Shown here piece by piece: positions 25,301-35,074 of a DNA stretch of 64,000 nt (position 1 is the first letter of the stretch; the number at the start of each line of letters is the position of its first letter). The notes below the pieces were generated by a model. The model was not told where the DNA came from, made no database searches, and saw nothing but the letters and a program-made list of their open reading frames with translations. This DNA is from Ranitomeya imitator. Its lineage: Eukaryota. A program made the translations under genes and the position numbers. The stretch is taken from NCBI RefSeq assembly GCF_032444005.1, contig NC_091282.1:605926001-605990000 (forward strand), given 5' to 3'.

Positions 25301-26812
25301 ACCTTTTCTATCCTCTGTCTGTTCAGTAAGTCGGGCCTCACTGTGCTAAATCTATTTAATCTCTGTGTTTGTAATTTTCATCTTTACTCACAGTCATTAT
25401 ATGTGGGGGGCTGCCTTTTCCTTTGGGGAATTTCTCTGAGGCAAGGTAGGCTTTATTTTTCTATCTCTAGGGCTAGCTAGTTTCTTAGGCTGTGTCGAGT
25501 TGCATAGGGAGCGTTTGGAGCAATCCACGGCTATTTCTAGTGTGTGTGATAGGATTAGGGATTGCGGTCAGCAGAGTTCCCACGTCTCAGAGCTCGTCCT
25601 ATATTATTAGTAACTATTAGGTCATTCCGTGTGCTCTTACCCACTAGGTCCATTATTGTCCTTACCACCAGGTCATAACCGTAATGTGCGTGATTGCAGG
25701 GGGTTCTGCCGATTATAGTGTATGGGGGTGTAATGTTTGTGATCACAGGGGGGGCTCTGCCGATTATAGTGTACGGGGGGTGTAATGTGTGTGATTACAG
25801 GGGGCTCCGCCGGTTATAGTGTACGGGGGGTGTAATGTGTGTGATTACAGGGGGCTCCGCCGGTTATAGTGTACGGGGGGGGGGGTGTAATGTGCGTGAT
25901 TGCAGGGGGTTCCGCCGATTATAGTGTAGGGGGGGGGGTATGTAATGTGTGTGATCACAGGGGGCTCCACCGATTATAGTGTACAGGGGGTGTAATGTGT
26001 GTGATTACAGGGGGCTCTGCCGATTATAGTGTACGGGGGGGGGTGTAATGTGTGTGATCACAGGGGGCTCTGCCGATTATAGTGTAGGGGGGGTGTAATG
26101 TGTGTGATTGCAGGGGGCTCCGCCGATTATAGTGCACGGGGGGTGTAATGTGCGTGATTACAGGGGGTTCCGCCGATTATAGTGTACAGGGGGTGTAATG
26201 TGTGTGATTACAGGGGGTTCCGCCGATTATAGTGTACAGGGGGTGTAATGTGTGTGATTACAGGGGGTTCCGCCGATTATAGTGTATGGGGGATGTAATG
26301 TGTGTGATTACAGGGGGCTCCGCCGATTATACTGTACGGGGGGTGTAATGTGTGTGATCACAGGGGGCTCCGCTGATTATAGTGTACGGGGGGTGTAATG
26401 TGTGTGATCACAGGGGGCTCTGACAATTATACTGTACGGGGGGTGTAATATGTGTGATCACAGGGGGCTCCGCTGATTATAGTGTATGGGGGGTGTAATG
26501 TGTGTGATCACAGGGGGCTCCGCTGATTATAGTGTATGGGGGGTGTAATGTGTGTGATCACAGGGGGCTCTGCCAATTATACTGTACGGGGGGTGTAATG
26601 TGTGGTAATGCGCGTGATTACAGGGGGCTCCGCCGATTATACTGTACGGGGGGTGTAATGTGTGTGATCACAGGGGGCTCCGCCGATTATACTGTACGGG
26701 GGGGTGTAATGTGCGTGATTACAGGTGGCTCTGCCGATTATACTGTATGGGGGGTGTAATGTGTGTGATTACAGGTGGCTCTGCCGATTATACTGTACGG
26801 GGGGGGGGGGGG
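22396..26812. repeat. 50-bp minisatellite filling the presumed DPM3 intron
   Basis: Unit TGTAATGTGTGTGATTACAGGGGGCTCCGCCGATTATAGTGTACGGGGGG with a clear 50-nt period; interrupted by a solo LTR. Confidence 0.97.
24871..25680 (+). mobile_element. Solo LTR (810 bp) of the same Gypsy group, closest to Gypsy-2
   Basis: Starts TGTTGTGAATTCTG, ends CATAACC (last base differs from the CA consensus); 6-bp TSD GTAATG at 24865-70 and 25681-86, matching the minisatellite consensus. Confidence 0.92.
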
Positions 26813-26888
26813 TGACTTGTATGTGTACAGTTTGGGGGCTGTACTTGGAGCGCACTCATCATGTTCCCCTTCTCTTGTAGGACTGGAG

Positions 26889-27167
26889 ATGACAAAGCTG
26901 GTGGAGTGGCTGCTGGGCCTGAGCCTTCTCTGTGGAGTCTGGGTGACCCTGACCTTTGATCTTTTGGGCATCGCTATTCCCAGGGCATGCTGGGAGGTTG
27001 TCTGGCCGATGCCCATCTACCTGCTGGTTGTGTTTGGGTGCTTCTCTTTGGCGACTGTTGGGTATCGCGTGGCCACCTTCAATGACTGCGAGGAAGCTGC
27101 CCACGAGCTGCAGGCTCAGATCTGTGAGGCCAAGGCTGACTTGAAGCGTCAAGGCTTGCGCTTTTAG
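26889..27167 (+). CDS. DPM3: Dolichol-phosphate mannosyltransferase subunit 3, 92 aa
   Basis: [11 protein letters not shown]...[40 protein letters not shown] is recognisably DPM3; splice acceptor TTGTAG ends at 26880, 8 nt before the ATG. Confidence 0.97.
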   Translation: MTKLVEWLLGLSLLCGVWVTLTFDLLGIAIPRACWEVVWPMPIYLLVVFGCFSLATVGYRVATFNDCEEAAHELQAQICEAKADLKRQGLRF

Positions 27168-27879
27168 AGGAGACATCGGGTCAGTTTTCGAACTACAGAT
27201 CAATAACCCGAGGCCACCTCCTGATGGTCAGAGCCCTGCAGTTGACATGCTGCACCCTGTAGAGGTGCAGTACCACCACCTGAGGACATCTCCAGCTGTG
27301 TGATAACACCAAGGTGCCACCAACTGACCATACCGTGCCCACCGCACTCCGGTCCTGGGCCGGGCTGTAGTGTGTATGGAAATACAGGATGATGATGTCA
27401 CCTTGTGCTCTCTGGTGGTCTCCATTATTCCCTCATCAGTTATATGGTAGGGAGGTTGTCTCTGCGCTGGGGTGTAAATATGCAGGTATGTGTGAGTGGT
27501 GAGGGTGTCATGACCTGTCTGCAGATGTGTAGGCACACGTTTCCCAGGATCCTCTTCTCCTTGGCATGAGATGTTTTGCACACTATCTTCACAGTGTCAC
27601 CCTGTAATCAGACATTACCTGACCCATGCCAGTCGGGCACTGTCATAATCTGCTCGCTGCAGGCGACTGATCAGCATCAACCTGCCCCTGGCATAATGCA
27701 GCAAGTACCATGCTCACATTCCCAGCTGTAGTCCCTCTGAGCACACACTTCATTCCCCCTCCCAGGCGACCTCCCCTCCGTCCCCTTTACTCCTCTCCCC
27801 CCTTGGTCTCTGCCCCTCCGTCCCTCTTCCCTTGTCGGGCGCTGACATCTGATGACTCTGGAGATAGTGTAAATTAGAA

Positions 27880-27885
27880 TTTATT
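27880..27885 (-). terminator. SLC50A1: Candidate polyadenylation signal of SLC50A1
   Basis: AATAAA on the minus strand ~400 nt after the stop codon; position only, no transcript evidence. Confidence 0.5.
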
Positions 27886-28288
27886 CTAAATGTGAATCAG
27901 GCACTGTGGAATCACCGATAGGCCCCGCCCCCAGAGTAACATGGGTCATGTGACCCAACATGTAAACTGTGTGTGTGCTGCGCACTGCTTCCCCCGGTCA
28001 TATTGCTGATTGAGTTTCACTACAGTGAGGACAACCACCTTGTAGACAGGTGGCCCTTGATTGCTGCAGTGAGAAGTTAACCCCTCCAATCACAAGGATG
28101 GGTCACTGGCCACATGGCGCAGTGTGTAAGGGAGGCGCCCACATGTATTTGCCCCCATCGTGTGCTGGCACCGCAGCCTCCAGACCCGGAGTCTTCCATG
28201 TATCTCGACCGTCCCATAGACAATTAGAAGTACATGATTTAGTGCAGACGGCTCCTCTCCCCAGAAGGCACGTATGAGGCAGCACAGC

Positions 28289-28387
28289 TCAGGCCTGCAG
28301 GGGGCGGTACAATGCTTGTGCCTGCGGGTATTTGCTGAACAGCCAAAGGCGCAGGATGCTCGTCACAATCCCAGGGAAGTTGGGGAC
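28289..28387 (-). CDS. SLC50A1: SLC50A1 (SWEET1) coding exon 6
   Basis: VPNFPGIVTSILRLWLFSKYPQAQALYRPLQA*; AG acceptor at 28388-89. Confidence 0.95.
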   Translation of the reverse strand, partial: VPNFPGIVTSILRLWLFSKYPQAQALYRPLQA

Positions 28388-28458
28388 CTGTGAACAGACA
28401 GGTGGAGGTGAGCGGTGACCCACGGTGTGTTGGGTGAGGACAAGCAGGCCACACTCAC

Positions 28459-28578
28459 CATGATGTAGGGGTCCCTGCGCTGCAGGCCGTACAGCACCCA
28501 GGATGTGGATGTCAGCAGCGTGGTGACTGTCAGAGGGAACGACAGGCACTTGGTGGATTTACTCCTAATGATCTGAGC
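28459..28578 (-). CDS. SLC50A1: SLC50A1 coding exon 5 (120 bp)
   Basis: AQIIRSKSTKCLSFPLTVTTLLTSTSWVLYGLQRRDPYIM; AG and GTGAGT boundaries. Confidence 0.95.
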
Positions 28579-28760
28579 CTGTGGAAGAGACCGAGCGTTA
28601 CCACCAAAAGCGGCTCACATAGAACACTATACTACACATACTGTATAATAATACACAATACTATAGTGCTGCTATACTACATATACTGTATAATACATAA
28701 TACTATAGTGCTGCTATACGACATATACTATATAATACTCTAGTGCTGCTATACTACATA

Positions 28761-30591
28761 CAGTACAGACCAAAAGTTTGGACACACCTTCACATTTAAA
28801 GATTTTTCTGTATTTTCATGACTATGAAAATTGTACATTCACACTGAAGGCATCAAAACTATGAATTAACACATGTGGAATCATATACTTAACAAAAAAG
28901 TGTGAAACTACTGAAATGATGTCTTATATTCTAGGTTCTTCAAAGTAGCCACCTTTTGCTTCGATGACTGCTTTGCACACTCTTGGCATTCTCTTGATGA
29001 GCTTCAAGAGGTAGTCACTGGGAATGGTCTTCCAACAATCTTGAAGGAGTTCCCAGAGATGCTTAGCTCTTGTTGGCCTTTTTGCCTTCACTCTGCGGTC
29101 CAGCTCACCTCAAACCATCTCGATTGGGTTCAGGTCTGGTGACTGTGGAGGGCAGGTCATCTGGCGTAGCACCTCATCACTCTCCTTCTTGGTCAAATAG
29201 CCCTTACACAGCCTGGAGGTGTGTTTGGGGTTATTGTCCTGTTTAAAAATGAATGATGGTCCAACTAAACGCAAACCGGATGGAATAGCATGCCGCTGCA
29301 AGATGCTGTGGTAGCCATGCTGGTTCAGTGTGCCTTCAATTATGAATAAATCCCCAACAGTGTCACCAGCAAAGCACCTCCACACCATCACACCTCCTCC
29401 TCCATGCTTCACTGTGGGAGCCAGGCATGTAGAGTCCATCCGTTCACCTTTTCTGCGTCGCACAAAGACATGGTGGTTGGAACCAAAGATCTCAAATTTG
29501 GACTCATCAGACCAAAGCACAGATTTCCACTGGTCTAATGTCCATTCCTTGTGTTCTTTAGCCCAAACAAGTCTCTTCTGCTTGTTACCTGTCCTTAGCA
29601 GTGGTTTCCTAGCAGCTATTTTACCATGAAGGCCTTCTGCACAAAGTCTCCTCTTAAGGGCTTGTTTTCACTTGCGAGGGACACGTCCGTGTCTCGCATG
29701 TGGAAACGAAGCTCTGGTGCCGGCACTGCGGAGCGGAGCGTGCAGCTCCATGTGTTGCTATGCGGCCGCACGCTCCGCTCCACAGTGCCGCTGCCAGAAC
29801 TTCGTTTCCACATGCGAGACACGGACGTGTTTCTCGCATGTGAAAACAAGCCCTTACAGTTGTTGTAGAGATGTGTATTCTGCTAGAACTCTGTGTGGCA
29901 ATGATCTGGTCTCTAATCTGAGCTGCTGTTAACCTGCGATTTCTGAGGCTGGTGAATCGGATAAACTTATCCTAAGAAGCAGAGGTGACTCTTGGTCTTC
30001 CTTTCCTGGGGCAGTCCTCATGTGAGCCAGTTTCTTTGTAGCGCTTGATGGTTTTTGCCACTGCAGTTTGAGACACTTTCAAAGTTTTCCCAATTTTTCG
30101 GACTGACTGACCTTCATTTCCTGAAGTAACGATGGCCACTCGTTTTTCTTTACTTAGCTGCTTTTTTCTTGCCATAATACAAATTCTAACAGTCTATTCA
30201 GTAGGACTATCAGCTGTGTATCCACCAGACTTCTGCTCAACACAACTGATGGTCCCAACCCCATTTATAAGGCAAGAAATCCCACTTATTAAACCTGACA
30301 GGGCACACCTGTGAAGTGAAAACCATTCCCGGTGAGTGGTGACTACCTTTTGAAGCTCATCAAGAGAATGCCAAGAGTGTGCAAAGCAGTCATCAAAGCA
30401 AAAGGTGGCTACTTTGAAGAACCTAGAATATAAGACATAATTTCAGTTGTTTCACACTTTTTTGTTAAGTATATAATTCCACATGTGTTAATTCATAGTT
30501 TTGATGCCTTCAATGTGAATTTACAATTTTCAGTCATGAAAATACAGAAAAATCTTTAAATGAGGTGTGCCCAAACTTTTTGTCTGTACTG
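28761..30591 (-). mobile_element. Degenerate full-length Tc1 element in SLC50A1 intron 4
   Basis: TIRs of ~250 bp starting CAGTACAGACCAAAAGTTTGGACACACC; TA TSD; transposase remnants MARKKQL..., WSDESKF, QDNNPKH, SPDLNPIE broken by stops, frameshifts and a MITE. Confidence 0.92.
29658..29853. mobile_element. Harbinger-type MITE (196 bp), almost fully self-complementary
   Basis: TIR GGGCTTGTTTTCAC; flanks TAA (left) and TTA (right); removal restores the Tc1 TVKRRL frame. Confidence 0.85.
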
Positions 30592-30774
30592 TATACTATA
30601 TAATACTATAGTGCTGCTATAGAACAGACTGTATAATACTATAGTGCTGCTATACTACATATACTATATAATACTAGTGCTGCTACATCGCCACATCTTT
30701 CTACATTACTACTACTTCTGACTGCTACATCCCCTTACATTACTACTACTGCTCCACCGCCACGTGCTCCTACA

Positions 30775-31255
30775 TGTCTACTACCCCATCCTCCTACATT
30801 ACTACTATTGCTCCACTACTCCAGCCTCGTACATTACTGCTACCCCATCCTCCTACATTACTACTATTGCTCCACTACTCCAGCCTCGTACATTTCTACT
30901 ACCCCATCCTCCTACATTACTACTATTGCTCCATTACTCCAGCCTCGTACATTTCTACTACCCCATCCTCCTACATTACTACTATTGCTCCACTACTCCA
31001 GCCTCGTACATTTCTACTACCCCATCCTCCTACATTACTACTATTGCTCCATTACTCCAGCCTCGTACATTTCTACTACCCCATCCTCCTACATTACTAC
31101 TATTGCTCCACTACTCAAGCCTCGTACATTTCTACTACCCCATCCTCCTACATTACTACTATTGCTCCACTACTCCAGCCTCGCACATTTCTACTACCTC
31201 ATCCTCCTACATTATTACTGCTGCTCTACTACTCCTGCCTCGTACATTACTGTAA
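30775..31255. repeat. 59-bp minisatellite (~8 copies) at the start of SLC50A1 intron 4
   Basis: Unit CCCCATCCTCCTACATTACTACTATTGCTCCACTACTCCAGCCTCGTACATTTCTACTA, 59-nt period. Confidence 0.92.
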
Positions 31256-31302
31256 CTACACTAGCACTTGTAGTGCTAGTGATGAATTGTCAGCTGGAGT
31301 AC

Positions 31303-31464
31303 CAGGTCTGCCATCGGGGAGAGGTACATGCTGATGGTGAAGACGCTGCAGAAGAGACCCAACTGGTTAAGGCGTGTGTCCACATCTGGAATCCAGAGGT
31401 AGAAGTATGTGTATGCCAAAATCAGGACACCCAGCGATAAGAACACTTGAGACAGGGGGTAACG
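31303..31464 (-). CDS. SLC50A1: SLC50A1 coding exon 4 (162 bp)
   Basis: RYPLSQV...RLNQLGLFCSVFTISMYLSPMADL; AG/GT boundaries. Confidence 0.95.
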
Positions 31465-31552
31465 CTGCAACACAAGATCAGGACATGTCAGGCACAGCCA
31501 GGAGCAGCAGAGCCCTCATCACAGTCACTTGCCGCTCATACTGGACATGAAC

Positions 31553-31676
31553 CTTATCAGTGGTGTAGACAATGAAGGCTACGATGTAGAGCGATTGCAG
31601 CGAAGCCCCGATGGAGTTCACCGTGATCAGGGTCCAGTCCTTCTTCAGGAGGCCATAATACAACCAGCCCAGATTA
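31553..31676 (-). CDS. SLC50A1: SLC50A1 coding exon 3 (124 bp)
   Basis: NLGWLYYGLLKKDWTLITVNSIGASLQSLYIVAFIVYTTDK; AG/GT boundaries, phase consistent with its neighbours. Confidence 0.95.
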
Positions 31677-31789
31677 CTGCAAGAGACACACACTTTCTCA
31701 GCACTCTCACTACTCCACCCATCGTCACCCCAACCCCTCCATCTATAACATAGAACAGTCTTGCAGCATTCCCTCTATCTTCTTTATAG

Positions 31790-34686
31790 CCTATCCTTGG
31801 CCCGACCCGGGCTCCATCCCGCCCCCATACGAGCCTTGGCCCGACCTCCACCTTGTCCCCGGACTAGCCTCGGCCTGACCAGGGTTCCAACCCAGGCTCC
31901 ACCCTGTCCACGGACTAGCCTCGGCCCGACCAGGCTCCACCCTGTCCCCACCAGGGTTCCAACCCAGGCTCCACCCTGTCCCCGGACTAGCCTCGGCCCG
32001 ACCAGGGTCCCAACCTGTCCCCGTACCAGCCTCGTCCCAACCCAGGCTCCACCCTGTCCCCGGACTAGCCTCGGACCGGCCTCCACCCTGTCCCCGGACT
32101 AGCCTCGGCCCGACCTCCACCCTGTCCCCGGACTAGCCTTGGCCCGACCAGGGTTCCAACCCAGGCTCCACCCTGTCCCTGAACTAACCTCGGCCCGACC
32201 AGGGTTCCAACCCAGGCTCCACCCTGTCCCCGGACTAGCCTCGGCCCGACCAGGGTTCCAACCCAGGCTCCACCCTGTCCACGGACTAGCCTCGGCCCGA
32301 CCAGGGTTCCAACCTAGGCTCCACCCTGTCCCCGGACTAGCCTCGGCCCGACCCGGGGTCCAACCTAGGCTCCACCCTGTCCCCGGACTAGCCTCGGCCC
32401 GACCTCCACCCTGTTCCCGGACTAGCCTCGGCCCGACCAGGGTTCCAACCTGTCCCCGTACCAGCCTCGTCCCAACCCAGGCTCCACCCTGTCCCCGGAC
32501 TAGCCTTGGCCCGACCAGGGTTCCAACCCAGGCTCCACCCTGTCCCCGTACTAGCCTTGGCCCGACCAGGGATCCAACTCAGGCTCCACCCTGTCCCCGG
32601 ACTAGCCTCGGCCCGACCTCCACCCTGTTCCCGGACTAGGCTCGGCCCGACCAGGGTTCCAACCTGTCCCCGTACCAGCCTCGTCCCAACCCAGGCTCCA
32701 CCCTGTCCCCGGACTAGCCTCGGCCCGACCTGCACCCTGTCCCCGGACTAGCCTCGGCCCGACTAGGGTTCCAACCCGTCCCCGTACCAGCCTCGTCCCA
32801 ACCCAGGCTCCACCCTGTCCCCGGACTAGCCTCGGCCCGACCTCCACCCTTTCCCCGGACTAGCCTCGGCCCGACTAGGGTTCCAACCCGTCCCCGTACC
32901 AGCCTCTGCCCGACCTCCACCCTGTCCCCGGACTAGCCTCGGCCCGACCTCCACCCTGTTCCCGGACTAGCCTCGGCCCGACCAGGGTTCCAACCTGTCC
33001 CCGTACCAGCCTCGTCCCAACCGAGGCTCCATCCTGTCCCCGGACTAGCCTCGGCCCGACTAGGGTTCCAACACGTCCCCGTACCAGCCTCGTCCCAACC
33101 CAGGCTCCACCCTGTCCCCGGACTAGCCTCGGCCTGACCTCCACCCTGTCCCCGGACTAGCCTCGGCCCGACCTCCACCCTGTTCCCGGACTAGCCTCGG
33201 CCCGACCAGGGTTCCAACCTGTCCCCGTACCAGCCTCGTCCCAACCCAGGCTCCACCCTGTCCCCGGACTAGCCTCGGCCCGACCTCCACCCTGTCCCCA
33301 GACTAGCCTCGGCCCGACTAGAGTTCCAACCCGGCCCCGTACCAGCCTCGTCCCAACCCAGGCTCCACCCTGTCCCCGGACTAGCCTCGGCCCGACCTCC
33401 ACCCTGTCCCCGGACTAGCCTCGGCCCGACCTCCACCCTGTTCTCGGACTAGCCTCGGCCCGACCAGGGTTCCAACCTGTCCCCGTACCAGCCTCGTCCC
33501 AACCCAGGCTCCACCCTGTCCCCGGACTAGCCTCGGCCCGACCTCCACCCTGTTCCCGGACTAGCCTCGGCCCGACCAGGGTTCCAACCTGTCCCCGTAC
33601 CAGCCTCGTCCCAACCCAGGCTCCACCCTGTCCCCGGACTAGCCTCGGCCCGACCTACACCCTGTCCCCGGACTAGCCTCGGCCCGACCTCCACCCTGTT
33701 CCCGGACTAGCCTCGGCCCGACCAGGGTTCCAACCTGTCCCCGTACCAGCCTCGTCCCAACCCAGGCTCCATCCTGTCCCTGGACTAGCCTCGGCCCGAC
33801 TAGGGTTCCAACACGTCCCCGTACCAGCCTCGTCCCAACCCAGGCTCCACCCTGTCCCCAGACTAGCCTCGGCCCGACCTCCACCCTGTCCCCGGACTAG
33901 CCTCGGCCCGACCTCCACCCTGTCCCCGGACTAGCCTCGGCCCGACCTCCACCCTGTCCCCGGACTAGCCTCGGCCCGACCTCCACCCTGTCCCCGGACT
34001 AGCCTCGGCCCGACCTCCACCCTGTTCTCGGACTAGCCTCGGCCCGACCAGGGTTCCAACCAGTCCCCGTACCAGCCTTGTCCCAACCCAAGCTCCAACC
34101 TGTCCCCAAACTAACCTTGGCCCGATCTGGGCTCCACCCTGTCCCCGACCAGGGTCCCACCCCGTCTCCGGACTAGCCTCGGCCCGACCTCCACCCTGTC
34201 CCCGGACTAGCCTCGGCCCGACTAAAGTTCCAACCCGTCCCCGAACCAGCCTCGTCCCAACCCAGGCTCCACCCTGTCCCCGCACTAGCCTCGGCCCGAG
34301 CTCCACCCTGTCCCCAGACTAGCCTCGGCCCGAACTCCACCCTGTCCCCGGACTAGCCTCGGCCCGACCTCCACCCTGTCCCCGGACTAGCCTCGGCCCG
34401 ACCTCCACCCTGTCCCCGGACTAGCCTCGGCCCGACCTCCACCCTGTCCCCGGACTAGCCTCGGCCCGACCTCCACCCTGTCCCCGGACTAGCCTCGGCC
34501 CGACCTCCACCCTGTGCCCGGACTAGCCTCGGCCCGACCTCCACCCTGTCCCCGGGCTAGCCTCGGCCCGACCTCCACCCTGTCCCCGGGCTAGCCTCGG
34601 CCGGACCTCCACCCTGTCCCCGGACTAGCCTCGGCCCGACCTCCACCCTGTCCCCGGACTAGCCTCGGCCCGACCTCCACCCTGTC
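31790..34686. repeat. ~34-bp C-rich minisatellite with longer variant units, filling SLC50A1 intron 2
   Basis: Core GGACTAGCCTCGGCCCGACCTCCACCCTGTCCCC with interspersed variants. Confidence 0.95.
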
Positions 34687-34796
34687 CTCATTAACCCCTG
34701 CTCTTCCATACCTAGACTTACAATTGGACGCACTAATAGGCACAAACTCGGCAAATACCGGGACATATTGGCGTAGTCAGCACCACCCCGACCTAC

Positions 34797-34874
34797 TTGA
34801 CAGCTGTAGTCAGGAACGGCAGGAACTGGATGTTGTCCACAGTCCGCCGGGTGATCATCACCCGCAGGTCCGAC
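34797..34874 (-). CDS. SLC50A1: SLC50A1 coding exon 2 (78 bp)
   Basis: SDLRVMITRRTVDNIQFLPFLTTAVN, MtN3/saliva motif; AG/GT boundaries. Confidence 0.95.
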
Positions 34875-35006
34875 CTGAGAGAGAGGAGAGAGGCTACAGC
34901 GAGGGACCGAGAGCCCCCATGTCACAGAGACTCCCACCCGAGACACTCACGTCACTACACGGGGCAGCCGCCCTCACGTCACAGAGACCCCACCCGAGAC
35001 ACTCAC

Positions 35007-35074
35007 AGGCCGCTGGAGAACATGGCGAGAGTGAAGACGATGCAGGCGCCGGAGAGCAGCCATATCCCGTCCAT
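35007..35074 (-). CDS. SLC50A1: SLC50A1 coding exon 1 (68 bp); spliced CDS is 651 nt, 216 aa
   Basis: MDGIWLLSGACIVFTLAMFSSGL; donor GTGAGT at 35006; exon lengths 68+78+124+162+120+99 keep one frame. Confidence 0.93.

Noticed and set aside
26775-26888. 38-aa N-terminal extension of DPM3 in the ORF track
   Set aside because: It starts at a non-ATG codon within the minisatellite and poly-G, upstream of a good splice acceptor.
31761-34306. Repetitive Pro/Gly/Arg-rich ORFs
   Set aside because: Intronic minisatellite of SLC50A1.
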